Shown in pieces: positions 14,242 through 31,100 of a stretch of 64,000 bases of DNA (the stretch's first letter is position 1; every line of letters begins with the position of its first letter). Under the pieces are notes generated by a model, which saw nothing but the letters and a program-made list of their open reading frames with translations, did not search any database and was not told where the DNA came from. Position numbers and translations under genes: made by a program. The DNA is from the human T2T-CHM13v2.0 reference genome, Homo sapiens: NCBI RefSeq assembly GCF_009914755.1, contig NC_060925.1; one strand, 5' to 3'.

Positions 14242-16164
14242 ATGAAATTGAAATGGATGGACTCATCATCGAATGGATTCCAATGGAATCATCGAATAAA
14301 ATTGATTGAAATCATCATCGAATGGAATCGAATGGTATCATTGAATGGAATCGAATGGAATCATCATCAGATGGAAATGAATGGAATCGTCATAGAATGG
14401 AATCGAATGGATTCATTGAATGGAATCAGATGGAATCATCGAATGGACTGGAATGGAATCATTGAATGGACTCGAAAGGGATCATTATTGAATGGAATTG
14501 AATGGAATCATCGAATGGTCTCGATTGGAATCATTATCAAATGGAATCGAATGGAATCACCGAATAGAATCGAATGGAACAATCATCGAATGGACTCAAA
14601 TGGAATTATCCTCAAATAGAATCGAATGGAATTATCGAATGCAATCGAATGGAATTAACGAATGCAATCGAATAGAATCATCGAATGGACTCGAATGGAA
14701 TCATCGAATGGAATGGAATGGAACAGTCAATGAACTCGAATGGAATCATCATTGAATGGAATCGAATCGAATCATCGAGTGGAATCGAATGGAATTATGA
14801 TCAAATGGAATCGAATGTAATCATCATCAAATGGAATCAAAAATAAACATCATCAATTGGTATTGAATGGAATTCTCATCAAATGGAATTCAAAGGAATC
14901 ATCATCAAATGGAACTGAATGGAATCCTCATTGAATGGAAATGAAAGGGGTCATCATCTAATGGAATCGCATGGAATCATCATCAAATGGAATCGAATGG
15001 AATCATCATCAAATGGAATCTGATGGAATCATTGAACAGAATTGAATGGAATCGTCATCGAATGAATTGAATGCAATCATCGAATGGTCTCGAATGTAAT
15101 CACATTCTAATGGAAAGGAATGGAATCATCGCATAGAATCGAATGGAATTAACATTGAATGGACTCGAATGGAATCAACATCAAACGGAATCAAGCGGAA
15201 TTATCGAATGGAATCGAAGAGAATCATCGAATGGTCTCGAATGGAATCATCTTCTAATGGAAAGGAATGGAATCATCGCATAGAATCGAATGGAATTAAC
15301 ATTGAATGGACTCGAATGGAATCAACATCAAATGGAATCAAGCGGAATTATCGAATGAAATCGAAGAGAATCATCGAATGGACTCGAATGGAATCATCTA
15401 ATGGAATGGAACGGAATAATCCACGGACTCGAATGCAATCATCATCCTATAGAATCAAATGGAATCATCGAAAGGACTCGAATGGAATAACCATTGAACG
15501 GAATCGAATGGAATCATCATCGGATGGAAACGAATGGAATCATCATCGAATGGAAATGAAATGAGTCATCATCTAATGGAATTGCATGGAATCATCATAA
15601 AATGGAATCGAATGGAATCATCATCAAATGGAATCAAATGGAATCATTGAACGGAATTCAATGGAATCGTCATCGAATGAATTGAATGCAATCATCGAAT
15701 GGTCTCGAATGGAATCATCTTCAAATGGAATGGAATGGAATCATCGCATAGAATCGAATGGAATTATCATCGAATGGAATCGAATGGTATCAACATCAAA
15801 CGGAAAAAAACGGAATTATCGAATGGAATCAAAGAGAATCTTCGAACGGACCCGAATGGAATCATCTAATGGAATGGAATGGAATAATCCATGGACTCGA
15901 ATGCAATCATCATCGAATGGAATCGAATGGAATCATTGAAAGGACTCGAATGGAATAATCATTGAACGGAATCGAATGGAATCATCATCGGATGGAAATG
16001 AATGGAATCATCATCGAATGGAATCGAATAGAATTATGGAATGAAATCCAGTGTGATCATCATCGAATGGACCCGAATGGAATCATCATCCAACGGAAGC
16101 TAATGGAATCAACATCGAATGAATCGAATGGAAACACCATCGAATTGAAACGAATGGAATTATC
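14242..16164 (+). repeat. 1923-bp variant unit with a 147-bp internal duplication; same class at 17931, 21161 and 30187
   Basis: Anchor spacing 1923 = 1776 + 147. The segment ATCATCGAATGGTCTCGAATG...ATCAAGCGGAATTATCGAATG..AATCGAAGAGA is present twice. Confidence 0.93.
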
Positions 16165-19100
16165 ATGAAATTGAAATGGATGGACTCATCATCGAATGGA
16201 TTCGAAAGGAATCATCGAATAAAATTGATTGAAATCATCATCGAATGGAATCGAATGGTATCATTGAATGGAATCGAATGGAATCATCATCAGATGGAAA
16301 TGAATGGAATCGTCATAGAATGGAATCGAATGGATTCATTGAATGGAATCAGATGGAATCATCGAATGGACTGGAATGGAATCATTGAATGGACTCGAAA
16401 GAGATCATGATTGAATGGAATTGAATGGAATCATCGAATGGTCTCGATTGGAATCATTATCAAATGGAATCGAATGGAATCACCGAATAGAATCGAATGG
16501 AACAATCATCGAATGGACTCAAATGGAATTATCCTCCAATGGAATCGAATGGAATTATCGAATGCAATCGAATGGAATTATCGAATGCAATCGAATAGAA
16601 TCATCGAATGGACTCGAATGGAATCATCGAATGGAATGGAATGGAACAGTCAATGAACTCGAATGGAATCATCATTGAATGGAATCATCGAGTGGAATCG
16701 AAAGGAATTATGATCAAATGGAATCGAACGTAATCATCATCAAAGGGATTCAAAAATAACCATCATCAATTGGTATTGAATGGAATTGTCATCAAATGGA
16801 ATTCAAAGGAATCATCATCAAATGGAACCGAATGGAATCCTCATTGAATGGAAATGAAAGGGGTCATCATCTAATGGAATCGCATGGAATCATCATCAAA
16901 TGGAATCGAATGGAATCATCATCAAATGGAATCTAATGGAATCATTGAAAAGAATTGAAGGGAGTCGTCATCGAATGAATTGAATGCAATCATCGAATGG
17001 TCTCGAATGGAATCATCTTCTAATGGAAAGGACTGGAATCATCGCATAGAATCGAATGGAATTATCATCGAATGGAATCGAATGGTATCAACACCAAACG
17101 GAAAAAAACGGAATTATCGAATGGAATCGAAGAGAATCTTCGAACGGACCCGAATGGAATCATCTAATGGAATGGAATGGAATAATCCATGGACTCGAAT
17201 GCAATCATCATCGAATGGAATCGAATGGAATCATCGAATGGACTCGAATGGAATAATCATTGAACGGAATCGAATGGAATCATCATCGGATGGAAACGAA
17301 TGGAATCATCATCGAATGGAAATGTAAGGAGTCATCATCTAATGGAATTGCATGGAATCATCATAAAATGGAATCGAATGGAATCAACATCAAATGGAAT
17401 CAAATGGAATCATTGAACGGAATTGAATGGAATCGTCATCGAATGAATTGAATGCAATCATCGAATGGTCTCGAATGGAATCATCTTCAAATGGAATGGA
17501 ATGGAATCATCGCATAGAATCGAATGGAATTATCATCGAATGGAATCGAATGGAATCAACATCAAACAGAAAAAAACGGAATTATCGAATGGAATCGAAG
17601 AGAATCATCGAATGGACCCGAATGGAATCATCTAATGGAATGGAATGGAATAATCCATGGACTCGAATGCAATCATCATCGAATGGAATCGAATGGAATC
17701 ATCGAATGGACTCGAATGGAATAATCATTGAACGGAATCGAATGGAATCATCATCGGATGGAAATGAATGGAATCATCATCGAATGGAATCGAATAGAAT
17801 TATGGAATGAAATCCAGTGTGATCATCATCGAATGGACCCGAATGGAATCATCATCCAACGGAAGCTAATGGAATCAACATCGAATGAATCGAATGGAAA
17901 CACCATCGAATTGAAACGAATGGAATTATCATGAAATTGAAATGGATGGACTCATCATCGAATGGATTCGAATGGAATCATCGAATAAAATTGATTGAAA
18001 TCATCATCGAATGGTATCTAATGGTATCATTGAATGGAATCGAATGGAATCATCATCAGATGGAAATGAATGGAATCGTCATAGAATGGAATCGAATGGA
18101 TTCATTGAATGGAATCAGATGGAATCATCGAATGGACTGGAATGGAATCATTGAATGGACTCGAAAGGGATCATTATTGAATGGAATTGAATGGAATCAT
18201 TGAATGGTCTCGATTGGAATCATTATCAAATGGAATCGAATGGAATCACCGAATAGAATCGAATGGAACAATCATCGAATGGACTCAAATGGAATTATCC
18301 TCAAATGGAATCGAATGGAATTATCGAATGCAATCGAATGGAACTATCGAATGCAATCGAATAGAATCATCGAATGGACTCGAATGGAATCATCGAATGG
18401 AATGGAATGGAACAGTCAATGAACTCGAATGGAATCATCATTGAATGGAATCGAATGGAATCATCGAGTGGAATCGAATGGAATTATGATCAAATGGAAT
18501 CGAATGTAATCATCATCAAATGGAATCAAAAATAACCATCATCAATTGGTATTGAATGGAATTCTCATCAAATGGAATTCAAAGGAATCATCATCAAATG
18601 GAACTGAATGGAATCCTCATTGAATGGAAATGAAAGGGGTCATCATCTAATGGAATCGCATGGAATCATCATCAAATGGAATCGAATGGAATCATCATCA
18701 AATGGAATCTGATGGAATCATTGAACAGAATTGAATGGAATCGTCATCGAATGAATTGAATGCAATCATCGAATGGTCTCGAATGTAATCACATTCTAAT
18801 GGAAAGGAATGGAATCATCGCATAGAATAGAATGGAATTAATATTGAATGGACTCGAATGGAATCAACATCAAACGGAATCAAGCGGAATTATCGAATGG
18901 AATCGAAAAGAATCATCGAATGGTCTCGAATGGAATCATCTTCTAATGGAAAGTAATGGAATCATCGCATAGAATCGAATGGAATTAACATTGAATGGAC
19001 TCGAATGGAATCAACATCAAATGGAATCAAGCGGAATTATCGAATGAAATCGAAGAGAATCATCGAATGGACTCGAATGGAATCATCTAATGGAATGGAA

Positions 19101-22100
19101 TGGAATAATCCACGGACTCGAATGCAATAATCATCGTTTAGAATCGAATGGAATCATCGAAAGGACTCGAATGGAATAACCATTGAACGGAATCGAATGG
19201 AATCATCATCGGATGGAAACGAATGGAATCATCATCGAATGGAAATGAAAGGAGTCATCATCTAATGGAATTGCATGGAATCATCATAAAATGGAATCGA
19301 ATGGAATCATCATCAAATGGAATCAAATGGAATCATTGAACGGAATTGAATGGAATCGTCATCGAATGAATTGAATGCAATCATCGAATGGTCTCGAATG
19401 GAATCATCTTCAAATGGAATGGAATGGAATCATCGCATAGAATCGAATGGAATTATCATCGAATGGAAACGAATGGTATCAACATCAAACGGAAAAAAAC
19501 GGAATTATCGAATGGAATCGAAGAGAATCTTCGAACGGACCCGAATGGAATCATCTAATGGAATGGAATGGAATAATCCATGGACTCGAATGCAATCATC
19601 ATCGAATGGAATCGAATGGAATCATTGAAAGGACTCGAATGGAATAATCATTGAACGGAATCGAATGGAATCATCATCGGATGGAAATGAATGGAATCAT
19701 CATCGAATGGAATCGAATAGAATTATGGAATGAAATCCAGTGTGATCATCATCGAATGGACCCGAATGGAATTATCATCCAACGGAAGCTAATGGAATCA
19801 ACATCGAATGAATCGAATGGAAACACCATCGAATTGAAACGAATGGAATTACCATGAAATTGAAATGGATGGACTCATCATCGAATGGATTCGAATGGAA
19901 TCATCGAATAAAATTGATTGAAATCATCATCGAATGGAATCGAATGGTATCATTGAATGGAATCGAATGGAATCATCATCAGATGGAAATGAATGGAATC
20001 GTCATAGAATGGAATCGAATGGATTCATTGAATGGAATCAGATGGAATCATCGAATGGACTGGAATGGAATCATTGAATGGACTCGAAAGGGATCATTAT
20101 TGAATGGAATTGAATGGAATCATCGAATGGTCTCGATTGGAATCATTATCAAATGGAATCGAATGGAATCACCGAATAGAATCGAATGGAACAATCATCG
20201 AATGGACTCAAATGGAATTATCCTCAAATGGAATCGAATGGAATTATCGAATGCAATCGAATGGAATTATCGAATGCAATCGAATAGAATCATCGAATGG
20301 ACTCGAATGGAATCATCGAATGGAATGGAATGGAACAGTCAATGAACTCGAATGGAATCATTATTGAATGGAATCGAATGGAATCATCGAGTGGAATCGA
20401 ATGGAATTATGATCAAATGGAATCGAATGTAATCATCATCAAATGGAATCAAAAATAACCATCATCAATTGGTATTGAATGGAATTGTCATCAAATGGAA
20501 TTTAAGGGAATCATCATCAAATGGAAACGAATGGAATCCTCATTGAATGGAAATGAAAGTGGTCATCATCTAATGGAATCGCATGGAATCATCATCAAAT
20601 GGAATCGAATGGAATCATCATCAAATGGAATCTAATGGAATCATTGAAAGAATTGAATGGAATCATCATCGAATGAATTGAATGCAATCATCGAATGGTC
20701 TCGAATGGAATCATCTTCTAATGGAAAGGAATGGAATCATCGCATAGAATCGAATGGAATTATCATCGAATGGAATCGAATGGAATCAACACCAAACGGA
20801 AAAAAACGGAATTATCGAATGGAATCGAAGAGAATCATCGAATGGACCCGAATGGAATCATCTAATGGAATGGAATGGAATAATCCATGGACTCGAATGC
20901 AATCATCATCGAATGGAATCGAATGGAATCATCGAATGGACTCGAATGGAATAATCATTGAAGGGAATCGAATGGAATCATCATCGGATGGAAACGAATG
21001 GAATCATCATCGAATGGAATCGAATAGAATTATGGAATGAAATCCAGTGTGATCATCATCGAATGGACCCGAATGGAATCATCATCCAACGTAAGCTAAT
21101 GGAATCAACATCGAATGAATCGAATGGAAACACCATCGAATTGAAACGAATGGAATTACCATGAAATTGAAATGGATGGACTCATCATCGAATGGATTCG
21201 AATGGAATCATCGAATAAAATTGATTGAAATCATCATCGAATGGTATCGAATGGTATCATTGAATGGAATCGAATGGAATCATCCTCAGATGGAAATGAA
21301 TGGAATCGTCATAGAATGGAATCGAATGGATTCATTGAATGGAATCAGATGGAATCATCGAATGGACTGGAAGGGAATCATTGAATGGACTCGAAAGGGA
21401 TCATTATTGAATGGAATTGAATGGAATCATCAAATGGTCCCGATTGGAATCATTATCAAATGGAATCGAATGGAATCACCGAATAGAATCGAATGGAACA
21501 ATCATCGAATGGACTCAAATGGAATTATCCTCAAATGGAATCGAATGGAATTATCGAATGCAATCGAATGGAATTATCGAATGCAATCGAATAGAATCAT
21601 CGAATGGACTCGAATGGAATCATCGAATGGAATGGAATGGAACAGTCAATGAACTCGAATGGAATCATCATTGAATGGAATCGAATGGAATCATCGAGTG
21701 GAATCGAATGGAATTATGATCAAATGGAATCGAATGTAATCATCATCAAATGGAATCAAAAATAACCATCATCAATTGGTATTGAATGGAATTCTCATCA
21801 AATGGAATTCAAAGGAATCATCATCAAATGGAACTGAATGGAATCCTCATTGAATGGAAATGAAAGGGGTCATCATCTAATGGAATCGCATGGAATCATC
21901 ATCAAATGGAATCGAATGGAATCATCATCAAATGGAATCTGATGGAATCATTGAACAGAATTGAATGGAATCGTCATCGAATGAATTGAATTCAATCATC
22001 GAATGGTCTCGAATGTAATCACATTCTAATGGAAAGGAATGGAATCATCGCATAGAATCGAATGGAATTAACATTGAATGGACTCGAATGGAATCAACAT

Positions 22101-25100
22101 CAAACGGAATCAAGCGGAATTATCGAATGGAATCGAAGAGAATCATCGAATGGTCTCGAATGGAATCATCTTCTAATGGAAAGGAATGGAATCATCTCAT
22201 AGAATCGAATGGAATTAACATTGAATGAACTCGAATGGAATCAACATCAAATGCAATCAAGCGGAATTGTTGAATGAAATCGAAGAGAATCATCGAATGG
22301 ACTCGAATGGAATCATCTAATGGAATGGAATGGAATAATCCACGGACTCGAATGCAATCATCATCGTATAGAATCGAATGGAATCATCGAAAGGACTCGA
22401 ATGGAATAACCATTGAACGGAATCGAATGGAATCATCATCGGATGGAAACGAATGGAATCATCATCGAATGGAAATGAAAGGAGTCATCATCTAATGGAA
22501 TTGCATGGAATCATCATCAAATGGAATCGAATGGAATCATCATCAAATGGAATCAAATGGAATCATTGAACGGAATTGAATGGAATCGTCATCGAATGAA
22601 TTGAATGCAATCATCGAATGGTCTCGAATGGAATCATCTTCAAATGGAATGGAATGGAATCATCGCATAGAATCGAATGGAATTATCATCGAATGGAATC
22701 GAATGGTATCAACATCAAACGGAAAAAAACGGAATTATCGAATGGAATCGAAGAGAATCTTCGAACGGACCCGAATGGAATCATCTAATGGAATGGAATG
22801 GAATAATCCATGGACTCGAATGCAATCATCATCGAATGGAATCGAATGGAATCATTGAATGGACTCGAATGGAATAATCATTGAACGGAATCGAATGGAA
22901 TCATCATCGGATGGAAATGAATGGAATCATCATCGAATGGAATCGAATAGAATTATGGAATGAAATCCAGTGTGATCATCATCGAATGGACCCGAATGGA
23001 ATCATCATCCAACGGAAGCTAATGGAATCAACATCGAATGAATCAAATGGAAACACCATCGAATTGAAACGAATGGAATTATCATGAAATTGAAATGGAT
23101 GGACTCATCATCAAATGGATTCGAATGGAATCATCGAATAAAATTGATTGAAATCATCATCGAATGGAATCGAATGGTATCATTGAATGGAATCGAATGG
23201 AATCATCATCTGATGGAAATGAATGGAATCGTCATAGAATGGAATCGAATGGATTCATTGAATGGAATCAGATGGAATCATCGAATGGACTGGAATGGAA
23301 TCATTGAATGGACTCGAAAGGGATCATTATTGAATGGAATTGAATGGAATCATCGAATGGTCTCGATTGGAATCATTATCAAATGGAATCGAATGGAATC
23401 ACCGAATAGAATCGAATGCAACAATCATCGAATGGACTCAAATGGAATTATCCTCAAATGGAATCGAATGGAATTATCGAATGCAATCGAATGGAATTAT
23501 CGAATGCAATCGAATAGAATCATCGAATGGACTCGAATGGAATCATCGAATGGAATGGAATGGAACAGTCAATGAACTCGAATGGAATCATCATTGAATG
23601 GAATCGAATGGAATCATCGAGTGGAATCGAATGGAATTATGATCAAATGGAATCGAATGTAATCATCATCAAATGGAATCAAAAATAACCATCATCAATT
23701 GGTATTGAATGGAATTCTCATCAAATGGAATTCAAAGGAATCATCATCAAATGGAACCGAATGGAATCCTCATTGAATGGAAATGAAAGGGGTCATCATC
23801 TAATGGAATCGCATGGAATCATCATCAAATGGAATCGAATGGAATCATCATCAAATGGAATCTAATGGAATCATTGAAAAGAATTGAATGGAATCATCAT
23901 CGAATGAATTGAATGCAATCATCGAATGGTCTCGAATGGAATCATCTTCTAATGGAAAGGAATGGAATCATCGCATAGAATCGAATGGAATTATCATCGA
24001 ATGGAATCGAATGGTATCAACACCAAACGGAAAAAAACGGAATTATCGAATGGAATCGAAGAGAATCTTCGAACGGACCCGAATGGAATCATCTAATGGA
24101 ATGGAATGGAATAATCAACGGACTCGAATGCAATCATCATCGTATAGAATCGAATGGAATCATCGAAAGGACTCGAATGGAATAACCATTGAACGGAATC
24201 GAATGGAATCATCATCGGATGGAAACGAATGGAATCATCATCGAATGGAAATGAAAGGAGTCATCATCTAATGGAATTGCATGGAATCATCATAAAATGG
24301 AATCGAATGGAATCATCATCAAATGGAATCAAATGGAATCATTGAACGGAATTGAATGGAATCGTCATCGAATGAATTGAATGCAATCATCGAATGGTCT
24401 CGAATGGAATCATCTTCAAATGGAATGGAATGGAATCATCGCATAGAATCGAATGGAATTATCATCGAGTGGAATCGAATGGTATCAACATCAAACGGAA
24501 AAAAACGGAATTATCGAATGGAATCGAAGAGAATCTTCGAACGGACCCGAATGGAATCATCTAATGGAATGGAATGGAATAATCCATGGACTCGAATGCA
24601 ATCATCATCGAATGGAATCGAATGGAATCATTGAAAGGACTCGAATGGAATAATCATTGAACGGAATCGAATGGAATCATCATCGGATGGAAATGAGTGG
24701 AATCATCATCGAATGGAATCGAATAGAATTATGGAATGAAATCCAGTGTGATCATCATCGAATGGACCCGAATGGAATCATCATCCAACGGAAGCTAATG
24801 GAATCAACATCGAATGAATCGAAAGGAAACACCATCGAATTGAAACGAATGGAATTATCATGAAATTGAAATGGATGGACTCATCATCAAATGGATTCGA
24901 ATGGAATCATCGAATAAAATTGATTGAAATCATCATCGAATGGAATCGAATGGTATCATTGAATGGAATCGAATGGAATCATCATCTGATGGAAATGAAT
25001 GGAATCGTCATAGAATGGAATCGAATGGATTCATTGAATGGAATCAGATGGAATCATCGAATGGACTGGAATGGAATCATTGAATGGACTCGAAAGGGAT

Positions 25101-28100
25101 CATTATTGAATGGAATTGAATGGAATCATCGAATGGTCTCGATTGGAATCATTATCAAATGGAATCGAATGGAATCACCGAATAGAATCGAATGGAACAA
25201 TCATCGAATGGACTCAAATGGAATTATCCTCAAATGGAATCGAATGGAATTATCGAATGCAATCGAATGGAATTATCGAATGCAATCGAATAGAATCATC
25301 GAATGGACTCGAATGGAATCATCGAATGGAATGGAATGGAACAGTCAATGAACTCGAATGGAATCATCATTGAATGGAATCGAATGGAATCATCGAGTGG
25401 AATCGAATGGAATTATGATCAAATGGAATCGAATGTAATCATCATCAAATGGAATCAAAAATAACCATCATCAATTGGTATTGAATGGAATTGTCATCAA
25501 ATGGAATTCAAAGGAATCATCATCAAATGGAACCGAATGGAATCCTCATTGAATGGAAATGAAAGGGGTCATCATCTAATGGAATCGCATGGAATCATCA
25601 TCAAATGGAATCGAATGGAATCATCATCAAATGGAATCTAATGGAATCATTGAAAAGAATTGAATGGAATCATCATCGAATGAATTGAATGCAATCATCA
25701 AATGGTCTCGAATGGAATCATCTTCTAATGGAAAGGAATGGAATCATCGCATAGAATCGAATGGAATTATCATCGAAAGGAATCGAATGGTATCAACACC
25801 AAACGGAAAAAAACGGAATTATCGAATGGAATCGAAGAGAATCTTCGAACGGACCCGAATGGAATCATCTAATGGAATGGAATGGAATAATCCATGGACT
25901 CGAATGCAATCATCATCGTATAGAATCGAATGGAATCATCGAAAGGACTCGAATGGAATAACCATTCAACGGAATCGAATGGAATCATCATCGGATGGAA
26001 ACGAATGGAATCATCATCGAATGGAAATGAAAGGAGTCATCATCTAATGGAATTGCATGGAATCATCATAAAATGGAATCGAATGGAATCATCATCAAAT
26101 GGAATCAAATGGAATCATTGAACGGAATTGAATGGAATCGTCATCGAATGAATTGAATGGAATCATCGAATGGTCTCGAATGGAATCATCTTCAAATGGA
26201 ATGGAATGGAATCATCGCATAGAATCGATTGGAATTATCATCGAATGGAATCGAATGGTATCAACATCAAACGGAAAAAAACGGAATTATCGAATGGAAT
26301 CGAAGAGAATCTTCGAACGGACCCGAATGGAATCATCTAATGGAATGGAATGGAATAATCCATGGACTCGAATGCAATCATCATCGAATGGAATCGAATG
26401 GAATCATTGAAAGGACTCGAATGGAATAATCATTGAACGGAATCGAATGGAATCATCATCGGATGGAAATGAATGGAATCATCATCGAATGGAATCGAAT
26501 AGAATTATGGAATGAAATCCAGTGTGATCATCATCGAATGGACCCGAATGGAATCATCATCCAACGGAAGCTAATGGAAACAACATCGAATGAATCGAAT
26601 GGAAACACCATCGAATTGAAACGAATGGAATTATCATGAAATTGAAATGGATGGACTCATCATCGAATGGATTCGAATGGAATCATCGAATAAAATTGAT
26701 TGAAATCATCATCGAATGGAATCGAATGGTATCATTGAATGGAATCGAATGGAATCATCATCAGATGGAAATGAATGGAATCGTCATAGAATGGAATCGA
26801 ATGGATTCACTGAATGGAATCAGATGGAATCATCGAATGGACTGGAATGGAATCATTGAATGGACTCGAAAGGGATCATTATTGAATGGAATTGAATGGA
26901 ATCATCGAATGGTCTCGATTGGAATCATTATCAAATGGAATCGAATGGAATCATCGAATAGAATCGAATGGAACAATCATCGAATGGACTCCAATGGAAT
27001 TATCCTCAAATGGAATCGAATGGAAATATCGAATGCAATCGAATGGAATTATCGAATGCAATCGAATAGAATCATCGAATGGACTCGAATGGAATCATCG
27101 AATGGAATGGAATGGAACAGTCAATGAACTCGAATGGAATCATCATTGAATGGAATCGAATGGAATCATCGAGTGGAATCGAATGGAATTATGATCAAAT
27201 GGAATCGAATGTAATCATCATCAAATGGAATCAAAAATAACCATCATCAATTGGTATTGAATGGAATTGTCATCAAATGGAATTCAAAGGAATAATCATC
27301 AAATGGAACTGAATGGAATCCTCATTGAATGGAAATGAAAGGGGTCATCATCTAATGGAATCGCATGGAATCATCATCAAATGGAATCGAATGGAATCAT
27401 CATCAAATGGAATCTAATGGAATCATTGAAAGAATTGAATGGAATCATCATCGAATGAATTGAATGCAATCATCGAATGGTCTCGAATGGAATCATCTTC
27501 TAATGGAAAGGAATGGAATCATCGCATAGAATCGAATGGAATTATCATCGAATGGAATCGAATGGTATCAACACCAAACGGAAAAAAACGGAATTATGGA
27601 ATGGAATCGAAGAGAATCTTCGAACGGACCCGAATGGAATCATCTAATGGAATGGAATGGAATAATCCATGGACACGAATGCAATCATCATCGAATGGAA
27701 TCGAATGGAATCATCGAATGGACTCGAATGGAATAATCATTGAACGGAATCGAATGGAAACATCATCGCATGGAAACGAATGGAATCATCATCGAATGGA
27801 AATGAAAGGAGTCATCATCTAATGGAATTGCATGGAATCATCATCAAATGGAATCGAATGGAATCAACATCAAATGGAATCAAATGGAATCATTGAACGG
27901 AATTGAATGGAATCGTCATCGAATGAATTGAATGCAATCATCGAATGGTCTCGAATGGAATCATCTTCAAATGGAATGGAATGGAATCATCGCATAGAAT
28001 CGAATGGAATTATCATCGAATGGAATCGAATGGAATCAACATCAAACGGAAAAAAACGGAATTATCGAATGGAATCGAAGAGAATCATCGAATGGACCCG

Positions 28101-31100
28101 AATGGAATCATCTAATGGAATGGAATGGAATAATCCATGGACTCGAATGCAATCATCATCGAATGGAATCGAATGGAATCATCGAATGGACTCGAATGGA
28201 ATAATCATTGAACGGAATCGAATGGAATCATCATCGGATGGAAATGAATGGAATCATCATCGAATGGAATCGAATAGAATTATGGAATGAAATCCAGTGT
28301 GATCATCATCGAATGGACCCGAATGGAATCATCATCCAACGGAAGCTAATGGAATCAACATCGAATGAATCAAATGGAAACACCATCGAATTGAAACGAA
28401 TGGAATTACCATGAAATTCAAATGGATGGACTCATCATCAAATGGATTCGAGTGGAATCATCAAATAAAATTGATTGAAATCATCATCGAATGGAATCGA
28501 ATGGTATCATTGAATGGAATCGAATGGAATCATCATCAGATGGAAATGAAAGGAATCGTCATAGAATGGAATCGAATGGATTCATTGAATGGAATCAGAT
28601 GGAATCATCGAATGGACTGGAATGGAATCATTGAATGGACTCGAAAGGGATCATTATTGAATGGAATTGAATGGAATCATCGAATGGTCTCGATTGGAAT
28701 CATTATCAAATGGAATCGAATGGAATCACCGAATAGAATCGAATGGAACAATCATCGAATGGACTCAAATGGAATTATCCTCAAATGGAATCGAATGGAA
28801 TTATCGAATGCAATCGAATGGAATTATCGAATGCAATCGAATAGAATCAACGAATGGACTCGAATGGAATCATCGAATGGAATGGAATGGAACAGTCAAT
28901 GAACTCGAATGGAATCATCATTGAATGGAATCGAATGGAATCATCGAGTGGAATCTAAAGGAATTATGACCAAATGGAATCGAAAGTAATCATCATCAAA
29001 TGGAATCAAAAATAAACATCATCAATTGGTATTGAATGGAATTGTCATCAAATGGAATTCAAAGGAATCATCATCAAATGGAACCGAATGGAATCCTCAT
29101 TGAATGGAAATGAAAGGGGTCATCATCTAATGGAATCGCATGGAATCATCATCAAATGGAATCGAATGGAATCATCATCAAATGGAATCTAATGGAATCA
29201 TTGAAAAGAATTGAATGGAATAGTCATCGAATGAATTGAATGCAATCATCGAATGGTCTCGAATGGAATCATCTTCTAATGGAAAGGAATGGAATCATCG
29301 CATAGAATCGAATGGAATTATCATCGAATGGAATCGAATGATATCAACACCAAACGGAAAATAACGGAATTATCGAATGGAATCGAAGAGAATCTTCGAA
29401 CGGACCCGAATGGAATCATCTAATGGAATGGAATGGAATAATCCATGGACTCGAATGCAATCATCATCGAATGGAATCGAATGGAATCATCGAATGGACT
29501 CGAATGGAATTATCATTGAACGGAATCGAATGGAATCATCATCGGATGGAAACGAATGGAATCATCATCGAATGGAAATGAAAGGAGTCATCATCTAATG
29601 GAATTGCATGGAATCATCATCAAATGGAATCGAATGGAATCAACATCAAATGGAATCAAATGGAATCATTGAACGGAATTGAATGGAATCGTCATCGAAT
29701 GAATTGAATGCAATCATCGAATGGTCTCAAATGGAATCATCTTCAAATGGAATGGAATGGAATCATCGCATAGAATCGAATGGAATTATCATCGAATGGA
29801 ATCGAATGGAATCAACATCAAACGGAAAAAAACGGAATTATCGAATGGAATCGAAGAGAATCATCGAATGGACCCGAATGGAATCATCTAATGGAATGGA
29901 ATGGAATAATCCATGGACTCGAATGCAATCATCATCGAATGGAATCGAATGGAATCATCGAATGGACTCGAATGGAATAATCATTGAACGGAATCGAATG
30001 GAATCGTCATCGGATGGAAATGAATGGAATCATCATCGAATGGAATCGAATAGAATAATGGAATGAAATCCAGGGTGATCATCATCGAATGGACCCGAAT
30101 GGAATCATCATCCAACGGAAGCTAATGGAATCAACATCGAATGAATCGAATGGAAACACCATCGAATTGAAACGAATGGAATTACCATGAAATTGAAATG
30201 GATGGACTCATCATCGAATGGATTCGAATGGAATCATCGAATAAAATTGATTGAAATCATCATCGAATGGTATCGAATGGTATCATTGAATGGAATCGAA
30301 TGGAATCATCATCAGATGGAAATGAATGGAATCGTCATAGAATGGAATCGAATGGATTCATTGAATGGAATCAGATGGAATCAACGAATGGACTGGAATG
30401 GAATCATTGAATGGACTCGAAAGGGATCATTATTGAATGGAATTGAATGGAATCATCGAATGGTCTCGATTGGAATCATTATCAAATGGAATCGAATGGA
30501 ATCACCGAATAGAATCGAATGGAACAATCATCGAATGGACTCAAATGGAATTATCCTCAAATGGAATCGAATGGAATTATCGAATGCAATCGAATGGAAT
30601 TATCGAATGCAATCGAATAGAATCATCGAATGGACTCGAATGGAATCATCGAATGGAATGGAATGGAACAGTCAATGAACTCGAATGGAATCATCATTGA
30701 ATGGAATCGAATGGAATCATCGAGTGGAATCGAATGGAATTATGATCAAATGGAATCGAATGTAATCATCATCAAATGGAATCAAAAATAACCATCATCA
30801 ATTGGTATTGAATGGAATTCTCATCAAATGGAATTCAAAGGAATAATCATCAAATGGAACTGAATGGAATCCTCATTGAATGGAAATGAAAGGGGTCATC
30901 ATCTAATGGAATCGCATGGAATCATCATCAAATGGAATCGAATGGAATCATCATCAAATGGAATCTGATGGAATCATTGAACAGAATTGAATGGAATCGT
31001 CATCGAATGAATTGAATGCAATCATCAAATGGTCTCGAATGTAATCACATTCTAATGGAAAGGAATGGAATCATCGCATAGAATAGAATGGAATTAACAT

